A DNA stretch of 64,000 nt. It comes from Anaeramoeba ignava BMAN. Lineage: Eukaryota; Protista; Anaeramoebae. Position 1 is the first letter of the stretch; the number at the start of each line of letters is the position of its first letter. Positions 12,993-25,895 of this stretch are shown one piece after another. A program made the translations under genes and the position numbers. The stretch is taken from contig JAPDFW010000118.1 in NCBI GenBank assembly GCA_028826165.1, positions 62,001-126,000 on the forward strand, read 5' to 3'. The notes under the pieces were generated by a model. It worked only from the letters and a program-made list of their open reading frames with translations. It was not told where the DNA came from and searched no databases.

Positions 12993-15900
12993 TTATTTTT
13001 TGTTTTGATTTAAATTTTGATCTGTAAAATATCCTATTTTTATAAATCCATTTTTTAATCCAATAATTAAAAATACTTTTTGAATAATTGAAATTGAATA
13101 AATTGTTTCATTTAAATCAAATTCTTGAATTGTTTTTAAATTAAATATTTTACGAATTTCAAGTTTTCCTTTTTCTCCTCCTGTAATTATAAATTTTGAA
13201 TCTTCTGAAATTGAAATTGAATAAATATTTTCTGAACATTGGATTCTTCTTAGTAAAAATCCATTAATTGTAAATAATCTTAATATATTAGAATTTTCTG
13301 AAAATGTGATAATATCTCCTTCTTTAGTTATTTTAATTTTTGTAATTGGTTTTTCATCTTCTGATGTTATTGTTTGAATATGTTTCCCTTTGTTTAATGA
13401 ATGAAATATTAATTTCCCATCAATAGATCCACTTAATACAATATCATATTCAATTGATATTGCAACACTTTTAACTTCTTTTTTATGTTCAAAAAATATA
13501 TGTTTCGCAATTTCTTTAACTTTGTTTTCTTTTAATTCAATTTCCCAAACAATTACTGTTGTATCTTTTGATCCTGTAACAATATATTTCCAATCATTAG
13601 ATAAACAATTTACAATATCTTGATGTTTGGAAATACTTTTTATTATTTCATAATTTTGAACATTAATTATTTTGAAACTATTATCATTAAATCCACAACA
13701 AAATAAATATTTAGAATCTTTATCAATTAATAAACATTCTTGATAATTATTGAAATCTTGTGGAAATATAATTTCAATTTGATTTTTCATTTTCTTTTTG
13801 TTTTTCTTTTTGTTTTGATTAATATTTAAATTTGGTATAATTATTTCTTGTTTTGAATTTTGGATTCCTTTTTGTTTTTGTGATTTTTTATCACGAATCA
13901 ATTGAAAAAATCTATTCTTTTCATTTGATTTTTCAAGAATATCACCTGAATATTTACCAATAATTCCTTCTTTATCCATTGTAATGATTTTATATGAGAA
14001 TTTTGATTTATTTTCTTTGGGAATTTCTTGGAAATTTATTAATATTATTGGATTTGAACTGATTTCATATTTTGTTAATTGAAAATATTTATATTTGGAA
14101 ATATTTTCCCATTCAAAAAATATTGGAAAAAAATTTGTTATTTTTTGTTTTTTTTCAATTTCTGTTTTTGAAAATCTTTTTGGATGTTTTTTTGTAAATA
14201 ATTGAATTGGAGTTTGTTCTTTTTGTTTTACTTGTTTATATCCAAATATTAAATCAATCCATTTATTAAGATATTTTGAAACATATTCTGATTCAAGTGC
14301 TTCTTTTTGTATTTGAATAAACTTTTCTGCTGTATTTGCCCAATTTGGAAGTTTAACATTTTTGATTTTTTTTAAAATTGTTTTTTGATTTTCATTTTTG
14401 AATATTTCTGGTTTTCTTAAAAAATCTGGTAAATGATAAAATTCTGGAATAAGTTCTCCAATAAATTTATTGTTTTTATTCTTATTCTTATTCTTATTTT
14501 TGATTTCATTGATCATTTTCCATTGTTTTGGAATTGATTTAAATATTGGATATTTTTCTTTTAAACAAATTGTTGTAAATGGTTCTAATCTAATTAAATA
14601 AGATGAAACAATTTCAGAATTTGAATAATATTGATAATAATTGATATTTTCATTATCATTTTCAAATTGAATTTGATTTTGATTTTGATTTTGATTTTGA
14701 TTTTGAATTTGAATTTATGATTATGAATTTTTTGATTTTGATTTTGATTTTGATTTTGATTTTGATTTTGATTTTGATTTTGATTTAATTTTGTAATAGG
14801 TTTTGATAAATCTCGAAATATTTTTGGATTATTAATATCTATTAAATATGATTCATAATCTGAAATTATCCATGGGAAAATTGGATATTGTGAAAGATCT
14901 TGATATGTTCTTCCTGATATTGTGTTTAAATACATAAGATATTCAAAATTATTAATTTTTCTTTCTTGCCATTGTTTTGTTATATTGTTCATTTCATTTG
15001 TTGAATAATTATATTGAATTATATTGTTATTACTATTATTATTTAGTAATTTGTATTTTTGGATTTTTTCATAAATTTCATCTCTTTCTTTTTCTGTTTT
15101 GAAATTGAAAAATATATATTTTCGATTATTTTCAAAAAATATTTCTATTGATGTATTTTGATAAAAATATTTTCTTTTTTGAATTGTTTTAATCATTTCA
15201 ATTTTCCATAAATAATTTTTGATTTCTTTTTCTTCATTTTCATCATCTTCATCATCTTCATCATCTTCTTTTTTTAAATCAAATTTAACAAAAAAATTGA
15301 TTGAATTTTTTATAATTTCAATTTTTCCTTTGATTATTTTGTTTTTTGAAATTATTTCACATTTCTTTGTAATTATTTCATTTTCATTTTTATTTTCATT
15401 TTTATTTTCATTTTGATTTTTATTTTTATTTTCATTTTCATTTTCATTTTTATTTTTATTTTGATTTTGATTTTTATTTTTATTTTGATTTTGATTTTGA
15501 TTTTCATTTTCATTTTGATTTTGATTTTCATTTTGATTTTCATTTTTATTTTTATTTTGATTTTGATTTTGATTTTGATTTTGATTTTCATTTTCATTTT
15601 CATTTTCATTTTCATTTTGATTTTCATTTTCATTTTGATTTTGATTTTTATTTTTATTTTTATTTTTATTTTTAGATAATTTATTTGAAATTTCAATTAT
15701 TTCTTTTTGGATTTTTTGCTTTAATTTTATCAATTTATTCTTTTCTTTTTGATTTTGATTTTGATTTTGATTTTGATTTTGATTTTGATTTTGATTTTGA
15801 TTTTGATTTTGATTTTGATTTTGATTTTGATTTTGATTTTGATTTTGATTTTCATTTGTTGAATAAAATTTTAATTTTTTTTGTCTTCTTATTTCATCTT

Positions 15901-18900
15901 CTTTTTCTGAAAGTTTCAAATAAAATTGTTCTTTTTCAAGTTTATAATCTAAAATAGGTATTATATTGGAATTCCATGGATATTTTTTCATTATTGATTT
16001 TTTAATCATTTGCTTTAATTTTTCTAAATAAATTATTTCTTTTCTTTTTTTCATTTTTGTTTTCAATTTGTTTATTTTTCTTTTGAAATTAATTTTTGTT
16101 TTTGATTTTCAATTTTTTTTGAAATGATTTTGATTTGATTTTGTTTTTTTTCAATTTCTTCTTTCATATAAAATAAATTATTACATTGAATTTTAATAAA
16201 TTCTTTTTCATTTTCTTCAATATCTTCTGAAATTTTTTCAATTATTGGAATGAAAATTATGTTTATGATTTGTTTCCATTTTTCTTTTTTGATTTCTTCT
16301 TCAAATTTTTCAATATTTTTCTTAAAATTATTAAAATATTGTAAATTTATTTGAATTGTATTTTGTTGTTGATTAGATTTTAAAATTAATTCATTTAAAA
16401 TTTCTTGATAATCTAGAATAATAATTTGTAAAAGCATTAAAAAATTATTATTTCTTGCTTTTCTTTCTTTTTCATTTTCATTTAAATTTGAAAATATGTG
16501 TTGATTTTGAATATAATAAAATAATAATGAAAAACAAATTTGAATTAATTCATTTGATTCTTTTTTGTTAAATTTGTTTGAAATATTTGTTCGATTTATT
16601 ATTTTAATTAATTTTGAAGAAATATTCGCTGTTGATATCATATCTGTTTTAAGAATTATTACAAAAATGAATAAAATTATTATTTTATAAATTATTCTTT
16701 TTTCTTTTTTCTTTTTAAATTGGATTTTGTTTTGATTATCAAATTCAAATTTTTCAAATAAATTAATTGTATTTTCCAAAATTTCTTTTTCAAATGAATT
16801 AAATTCAATTTTTAAAATATTATTTAATTTATCTATTCTGTTGAAATTTGTGATTTGATTTGATTTTTCTGTTTTAAGAATTTTTGTAAATCTTTCTGAA
16901 AAATTTGTTTGAATAAATCCATCTTTTTGTGTTTTTTTTGGTTTTATAACTTGATATTCTTCTTTTGGTAAATGAAATATTATTCCATTTATTATTTTGA
17001 TTAAATAAAATAAATTTTTATAAAATATTTCAATTTCAATATCTGTTGATGTTGATTGTGATAATATCATAATTGATTTTTGTTCATTATATTTTATTTG
17101 GGTATTTTGAATAATATCATTAATTAAATCATTTAAAATTCTTTGAATAATTTTGTTTCTTGTTTCTTGTTTTTCAAAAATATTAATTAAATTAAATGAA
17201 GAAAGAAATTGTTCAAATAATCTTGGAAAATTATATAATGAATTATGAAAAGAATAAATAAATAATACTCTGAGAATCTTCATAATAATTTCATTTAAAA
17301 ATTCTTCATTATCAATTTGATTTTGAATTTGAATTTGATTTTGATTTTGATTTTGATTTTGAATTTGAATTTGAATTTGATTTTGATTTTGATTTTGATT
17401 TTGATTTTGATTTTGAATTTGATTTTGATTTTGATTTTGATTTTGATTTTGATTTTGAATTTGATTTTGATTTTGATTTTGATTTTGATTTTGATTTTGA
17501 TTTTGATTTTCATTTTGATTTTGATTTTCAATTTGATTTTGATTTTCAATTTGAATTTGAATTTGATTTTCAATTTGATTTTGATTTTCAGTTTGATTTT
17601 CAATTTGATTTTGATTTTCAATTTGATTTTGAATTTGATTTTGATTTTGAATCTGATTTTGAATTAAATATTTAGAATTTATTAATGGAATCATCCATTT
17701 TGTCCATTCAATTTCTGAAATAATTTTTTGTTTATTATAATTATTTTCTGCAATTATTTTAAATAAATTTTGAAATTCATAAATATTAATTAATTTGGAT
17801 TTTTGTTTAAATAATTCACAAATTGTTTCTAAAATAAATACATTTTGAATTATTGTTCTTTCTTTTTGATTTTTTGGATTTTCATAAATCAACATTTTGA
17901 AAAGAATATTAATTATTTTTTTGGAAATATTATTGATATTTTCAATTATTATTTGATGAATTAAATAATAATTATTTTTTAATTTATCATTTTGGTTTTT
18001 GTTTTTGTTTTTGTTTTTGTTTAATAATTTTAATATTTCATTTCCATTTTCATTAATAGAAAAATCAATAAAATAAATAATTTCTAAACTTATTTCAATT
18101 ATTTTTGTATTTTCTTTGTTTTCTTTCATTATTTGAATAAATGGATAAAATATTTGTTTTGAAAATATAATTTCTTTCCAAATTGTTTTTAAATTATTTG
18201 AAATGTAATTATGAATTAATTCAAGTATTTTTTCAATAAAATATTTTGTTTTGAAAATGAAACATCTATTAATTAAATAATTAATTTTTTCATTTTGTAA
18301 TTGTGATTTAATATTATTTTCTAAAATAAATTTAATCATTGAAAATATTTTTTCAATTATTTCATTATTTTGATTTTGATTTTGATTTTGATTTTGATTT
18401 TGATTTTGATTTTGATTTTGATTTTGATTTTGATTTTGATTTTGATTTTGATTTTGAATTTGATTTTGAATTTTTTTGATTTTGATTTTCATTTTGGTTT
18501 TGATTTTGATTTTGATTTTGATTTTCATTTTCATTTTGATTTTCATTTTCATTTTGAATTTGATTTTGATTTTCATTTTCATTTTGATTTTCATTTTCAT
18601 TTTGAATTTGAATATATTGAGATTTTTGTTTTTTAGATAATAATTTATCATAAAAATCAATTAAAATTAATAAATCAATAATTGTTATATTTGATGTTTT
18701 TGAAAATTCAATTTGATTTTCAAATTCATTTTGATTTTGATTTTGATTTTGATTTTGATTTATATTTTGATTTTGATTTTGATTTTGATTTTGAATTTTA
18801 ATATAAGTTCCAATAGTTTCAATTAATTTTTTTTGAATTTCAAAATTGAAATTTTTCCAAAATTTATGATCAATAATGAAATATTTTTTAAATTTAATTT

Positions 18901-21900
18901 GAAATTTTTCATTTTCAATATTTTTTGTTAATATTTTAATGAAAAAATCATAAATTTGTTTTGGAAAATATTTTTTTTGAATTTTTTTAAGTAAAATTTT
19001 GAATAATTGAAATCCTTTTTTTTGAATCATTTCTTCTTGAAGATAATGATTATATAATAAACAATTTTCAAATATTTCTAATATTTTTTCAAATATTCTT
19101 ATTCTTTGCTTTTCATTTTGATTTTGATTTTGATTTTCTTCAAATAATTCATCAATTTCAAAAATTAAATAAAAAAATGTTTCAATTCCTCCTGAAAATT
19201 GAATAATATCTTGAATATTTGTTAATGTAAATGTTTTAATTTTTGTTATTTTTGAATTTTCTTTGATAATATTTTTTGGATTTTCATTTAAACAAATATC
19301 TTCTTTAATTGATTTTGGATTATAACAAATTATTATTTTTTCATTTAATTTTTCATTAAATATTTCTTTTAATTCTTTTTCAAATTTTGAATTAGAATAA
19401 TGAAATATTTCATTTTCATCAAAAAATGTTTTGTAATTTGGTCCAAGAAAATGAATTGTTTTAATTTGTTTTGAATTAAGAATTTCTTGAAAAATATAAA
19501 TTGTTGATATTTGTCCATAAATTGAATTTTGATTTTCATTTGAAAATATAACATTTGAACCTATTCGATTTTGATTAAAAAGTTCTTTTGAATTCTCATT
19601 TTCAGTTTGATTGTTAATTTCGATTTTATGTGTTGTGTTTTTATTTCCATTAATATAAATTTTTATTTCAATTTCATTTTCAATTTCATTTTCAATTTCT
19701 TTTTTTGATTTTAATTTTGATCTTGATTTTTGATTTGTATATTTTTGTGTAAAAACTAAAAAGTTCCATTCTTTATTTTGAATTTTAATTGGAAAATTTC
19801 TTTTGATTTTTTCATTTTTATCAATATAAATTTGATAAATAATTGATTTTGTTTGATTTTTGTTGTTGTTATCAATTTCAAAATATAATTCAATTCCTTT
19901 TTTATTTTCTGTTAAAAAACTAAATATTCTTGGTTTATATCTTTTATTTTCATTTTTTGTAATATTTGTTCTTTTAAATTCTTCAATTCTTATCCAACAA
20001 CAAAAACTAAATTGTTTGAAAATTATTGAACTTTCAAATTTTGGAATTTCAATATTTGAGTTTTCTTCATAAAAATCAAATATATTTATTGCTTCTTTAT
20101 TTGGATTTTTGTTCATTTTGCTTAATTCATTTATCATTATTTCAAATAATTCTTGATTTTTATTTTTGTTTTTGTTATTGTTTTGATTAAATTGATTTTC
20201 AATTATTTTAAAATATTGTTTCATTTCTGAAATATTCATTTTAAATTTTGCAAATTTTCCAATAATTTCAATAATTTTTTTGAATATTTTGATATTTTGA
20301 ATTTTAGGAATTAATTTAAGTAAAAATGAAATTATTCCTTTTTCACAAATACAACAAATATTATGAATTGATTTTTCACTTATTTCTTCAAATACTTCCA
20401 ATACTTCAATAAAAGAAATTTCTTTTTCATTTTCATTTTCAATTTGATTTTGATTTTCAATTTCATTTTCATTTTCATTTTCATTTTCATTTTCATTTTC
20501 AATTTGATTTTTGAAATTTTGTGAATAAAGTTCTAAAATAATATTAATCATATTTGTGTTTCTGATAATAAAATTGTCTTTGATTGAAAATTTTCCATTA
20601 TCAATCATTAAATCTAAAAGAATTTCAAATATTTCTTTTTTTGGTTTTCTTTTTTCATATTCATAAATTATTTTTACAAATTTTGTTATTGGAATTAATT
20701 CTTGAAATTGTTTTATTAATATTTCATTATTTTCAATAATTTCTTTGATTATTTTTAATGAAAAATTTTTTTTATTTGTATTTTGATCTTCAAAAAATGT
20801 TGTTAAAATTATTAATGATTTTGTTTTCAAAAATATTTCTTGAATAACTTTTCGATTTTTGGAAATTGATTTTAAACATTCTTCAAAAAGTTTATTCATA
20901 AATTTTTGATTTTCAATTTCTTTTTCTTTTTGATTTTGATTTTGATTTTGATTTTCAATTTCTTTTTCTTTTTGATTTTGATTTTGAATTTCATTTTGAT
21001 TTTGAATTTCATTTTGATTTTGATTTTGAATTTCATTTTCATTTTCATTTTCATTTTTAATTTGATTTTTGAAAAATAATTGTTGAATTGAATAAATAAT
21101 AAATTGTTGTTCATCTTGTTCTTCATAATTTTTTACTTTTTCTAAAAATTTTGGAATATAATTTAATGAAAGTTTTTGAATAAATTGATAATTAATTGAT
21201 TCAATCAAAAAATTAATAATTATTATATTTTTTGAAATAATTTCAATAGATCCATTTTGAAATATTAAATTTAAAATTTCAAAATATAATTCTTTTGCTT
21301 TTTCATTTCCATTTTCATTTTCATTTTCATTTTCATTTTCATTTTCATTTTCATTTTCATTTTGATTTTGAATTTGATTTTGATTTTGATTTTGATTTTG
21401 ATTTTGAATTTGATTTTGATTTTGATTTTGAATTTGATTTTGATTTTGATTTTGATTTTCATTTTGAATTTGAATTTGATTTTGATTTTGAATTTTTTGA
21501 ATTTGATTTTGATTTTGATTTTCTTTAATTAATTTTAATAAATTTTCTTTAATTAATTGAAATCCACTATTTTCAATAATTTTGTTTGATGAAATTTTTG
21601 GATTATTTTGAATAATTTCAATTATCATTTCTAAAAATTGATTTAATAAAAATAAATTTGAAATTATTTTTGAATTTTTTAAAATTTGATTAAATAAAAT
21701 TTGATATTCAAAATTATTTTGATATTTTATGATAATATTTTTAAGGAAATCGATTAATAATATTTGTAAGTTTAAATTCATTTCTTCTATTTTAATCTTT
21801 TCTTTTTCTTCAATCTAATCAAAATTAAAATTAAAATTAAAATTTAAAATTAAAATTAAAATTAAAATTAAAATTAAAATTAAAATTAAAATTAAATTAA

Positions 21901-24676
21901 AAATTAAATTAAAATATTTACATTAAAATTATTGATATTTGTTCTTATAAAATAATCTGAAAAACAGATTTTCCATCCTCCATTTTCTCAAAAAATTTAA
22001 TAATTTCTTTATCATCATTGTTATTTTCTTCAATTATCATTTTCTTTAATTCAAATAAAATATACATTTGAAGTTCTGGATAAATATCTTTGTTATATTT
22101 TTGAATTTTCTTAATTTTTTCTTTTTTTAAATAATAATTTTTGTATTTATATTGAAGATTTGAATTTAATTCTTCTTCACTTTTAAATAAATCAAAATAA
22201 ATTAAAATTAATCTTTCTTTAAAATTATTCACTTTGATTTTAATTTCATTTGTATATTTTTCAATTTCTTTTCTTATATTTTCTTTTGATAAATTTGTAT
22301 TATTTGATTTTTGTATTTTTTGAAAAGATCTTAAATGATTAAAAAGTGAATCAAAATAAGGATGATATAATTTAATTTCTGAAATTTTTCTTTTTGATTT
22401 TGAATTTGAATTTGATTTTGATTTTGATTTTGATTTTGATTTTGATTTTGATTTTTGAATTTGAATGATGTTTTGAATGATGTTTTGAATGATGTTTTGA
22501 TTTTTGATTTGAATGATGTTTTGATTTTGAATGTGAATGATGTTTTGAATGTTTTGTTTTTGAATTTGAATGATGTTTTGAATTTTTTGAATTGGAATGA
22601 ATTAATTTTTTTAATTTATTTGATAATTTTGTTTTGAAAGTATAAGAAATCCAAAGAATAAAATCTTTAAGATTTAAAATATTATTGTTATTAATAAATT
22701 CTTCAATAATATTTTCTTCTTCAACAATAAAACTAAGGAAATCAAAAATATTAAATCGAAAATCAACTTCTAAATGAATTAAATCTTCTTTTTTCATTTT
22801 TAAATTTTCTAAAATATTTGGATTTTCTTTTTCTTCTTTGATTTCTTCATTAAATATAAAAAAATTTGTTTCAAAAATATCTTCAAGTTTTTCAATTTCT
22901 ATTTTTTTAATTTTTTGATTTTGATTTTGAATTTCAATTTTGAATTGATTTTTGTTATTAATATTAATTCCAAGATTTGGAATATTTGATAATTTTGGAA
23001 CTTCAAAAAATGTTAAAAGAATTAAAATTAAATCAATTTTTTCTGTTTCTATTAATAATCCAAATTCATAACAACTTTCAATAATTTCAAAAATTGATAA
23101 TTGAATATTATATTGTTTTTTTGTAAATAAGAAACTTTTTTTGAGTTCTAAATTATTTAAAAGAAATGCTATTTTTGAAATTAAAAGAATAATTAATTAT
23201 TTTGTTTTTTATAAATAAATTTCAAATTATTTACATATTAATAATGAAATTATTTTTGATTCTTGAATTGATTTTAAAATTCCTTTATTTGGATAAAAAT
23301 CTTTTCCTTTTAAAAATTTTTTCATAATTCCCATAATTTCTGAAATAATAAATTGAGTTTCAATTAAATAATAAATTAAAAGTTTTGGTTTTGTTTCCTT
23401 TTTTTTTTAAAAGAATAAATTCAAATTGATTAATTGATAAATAAATATTTTTCATTTTAAATTGATTTTACTCTTATTTGTTTCATTAAATCAAAAATAT
23501 TTTTGGTAGTTTCCAATAAATTACAAAATATTGCAAAAATTCCATTTTCAGATAAAATTTGTTGATTAAATTTGGATTTTGAAAGGATTGAAATGATAGA
23601 TAAAGAAATTAAATTTTTGTGTGGATTAATTTCAATTTCGATTTCAATTTGAATTTGATTTTGAATTTGATTTTGATTTTGATTTTGATTTTGATTTTGA
23701 TTTTGATTTTGATTTTCAATTTTATTTTCAATTTCATTTTGATTTTCATTTTCAATTTGATTTTCATTTTCAATTTGGTTTTGATTTTGATTTTGATTTT
23801 CAATTTGATTTTGATTTTGAATTTGATTTTGATTTTGAATTTTATTTTCAATTTCAATTTGAATTTTATTTTCAATTTCAATTTGATTTTCAATTTGATT
23901 TTGATTTTGATTTTCATTTTCAATTTGGTTTTGATTTTGATTTTGAATTTGAATTTGGTTTTGATTTTGATTTTGATTTTGATTTTGAATTTGGTTTTGA
24001 TTTTGATTTTGATTTTGAAAAAAATCTATTTTAAATTTAAATTTTAAATTGATAAAAAAATTAATAATTATTTTAGTTTTTTTTTAAAAGAAAAAAGAGA
24101 AAAAGGAAAAATACTTTTAATAAAAAAATCTGAATAAATTAAATTATTTAATATAAAATTAATAAATCTTATTGGATGTGCTTGTTTTTGTGAAATTGCT
24201 TCATAAATTTCTTCTAATTCAAAATATTTTTCAAATTCATTCTTTTTTTGATTTAAATTTGATTTATTTTGATTTGGATTCCAATTTTGAGATAATTCTC
24301 GAAATAATAAACAAAATTCAACAAATTCTTCTGTTTTTATCTTTTTAAATTTTAAATTTTTTTTAATTCTTTAAATTTTTAATTCTTTTAATTTTAAATT
24401 ACTTCTTGTAACATGTTTTGTTTTTAAAGTTTTCCATTTTTGATAAAATTGTTTTCCATTTTCATTTCCATTTTGATTTTCATTTTCAAAATGTAAAAAA
24501 AATTCTTTTTCAAGTTCTTCTTGTTGTTTTTCTTCTTCGTTTGTTTTGTTAATTGCATTTTGTTTTTCTTCTTCAATTTCTTCTTCCTTTGTTTTGTTAA
24601 TTACATTTTGTTTTTCTTCTTCAATTTCTTCTTCCTTTGTTTTGTTAATTGCATTTTGTTTTTCTTCTTCGTTCAT
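12993..24676 (-). CDS. BEACH-domain (neurobeachin/LvsB-like) protein: ARM-like, ConA-like, PH, BEACH, WD40; several introns at the 5' end and several apparent frameshifts
   Basis: ConA-like FSFCCWIR; PH KRKYFYQNTSIEIFF; BEACH WQERKINNFEYLMYLNTISGRTYQDLSQYPIFPW, RDLSKP, ELIPEFY, LPNWA, ALESEYVS, WIDLIFGYKQ; C-terminal WD40. Pieces lie in consecutive ORFs broken within QN/homopolymer runs. 5' boundary is approximate. Confidence 0.8.
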
Positions 24677-24739
24677 ATTATTAAAAAAATGAAAAAAATG
24701 AAAAAAAAAAATGAAAAAAATGAAAAAGAAAATTTAATT

Positions 24740-25087
24740 AAAAAAAAAAGTGGAATAAAAAATATTAAATCTAAATAAATAATATTAAATTATTAATGTC
24801 AAATTTAATAAATAAATCTAAATAAATAAGATTAAATTGTTAATGTCAAATTTAAATAAATAAATCTAAATAAATAAGATTAAATTTAATTAAAAAAAAA
24901 AGTGGAATAAAAAATATTAAATTGTTAATGTCAAATTTAAATAAATAAATCTAAATAAATGATATTAAATTTAATTAAAAAAAAAGTGGAATAAAAAATA
25001 TTAAATCTAAATAAATGATATTAAATTGTTAATGTCAAATTTAATAAATAAATCTAAATAAATAAGATTAAATTGTTAATGTCAAAT
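24740..25087. repeat. Degenerate tandem repeat in the divergent BEACH/homeobox promoter; five TGTCA and three AAGTGGAA copies
   Basis: Units ATTAAATTGTTAATGTCAAATTT, AATAAATCTAAATAAAT and AAAAGTGGAATAAAAAAT recur. Confidence 0.85.
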
Positions 25088-25148
25088 TTTCTGATTTAAG
25101 AATTTGAATAATTTTCAAAAAAAATTTTTTTAATCATTTTTCTTAAAA

Positions 25149-25790
25149 ATGGATTTTTTTAATTCAAAACAAAATTTAGAAGAAAATTTAATTGAAAATT
25201 ATTCAAATCCACTTTTTACATTTTTTTTCAAAACACAAATAGCAAAAAATGAAGAAGAAATCAAAGAAATTTTAGAAAAAACAGAAAAATTTTGGATTTC
25301 AAAAACAAAAAAGAACAAAAAATCAAAAGAAGAAAATTCACAAAAAGAAATTCAAATGATTGATTTTTTTTTATTGAATCTTATTGTAAAAAATTCAATT
25401 GAAAAAATTAAATCATTTCAAATTCAAAATGAAATTAATTTAAAATTTGAATCTATTTTAAAAGAAAGTGGATCATTTTTTTCTAATTTATTTTCATTTG
25501 AAAAAAATCCAAAAAAAAGAAAAAAAGAAAAAGAAAAAGAATCAATTCTTTCAAATAATTCTTTTAATAAAAAGAAAATTGAAAAAATCTCACTTAAAAA
25601 AAGAAGAAAAAATCTTCCTTTTCAAGCAAAAAAGATTCTTAAAGAATTTTTTTTAGAAAATATTGAAAATCCTTATCCTTCAAAAAATGAAAAAGAAAAT
25701 TTATCAGAAAAAACTGGATTAAGTATTCGGCAAATTAATACTTGGTTTATTAATGCAAGAAGAAGAAAAGTAAAGAAAGAAAATAATTGA
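25149..25790 (+). CDS. TALE-class homeodomain protein (TGIF/MEIS/KNOX-like)
   Basis: KKRRKNLP...NPYPS...LSEKTGLSIRQINTWFINARRR: PYP three-residue loop extension and WFIN (I50). Confidence 0.9.
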   Translation: MDFFNSKQNLEENLIENYSNPLFTFFFKTQIAKNEEEIKEILEKTEKFWISKTKKNKKSKEENSQKEIQMIDFFLLNLIVKNSIEKIKSFQIQNEINLKFESILKESGSFFSNLFSFEKNPKKRKKEKEKESILSNNSFNKKKIEKISLKKRRKNLPFQAKKILKEFFLENIENPYPSKNEKENLSEKTGLSIRQINTWFINARRRKVKKENN

Positions 25791-25895
25791 AAAAAATTTG
25801 GATTGAAAAAATTTGGATTGAAAAAAAAAAATTTGCTTTTTTTTGTTTCTCATAAATTTCAAGTATTTTTTACACTTAAAAAAAAAATTTCCAAT

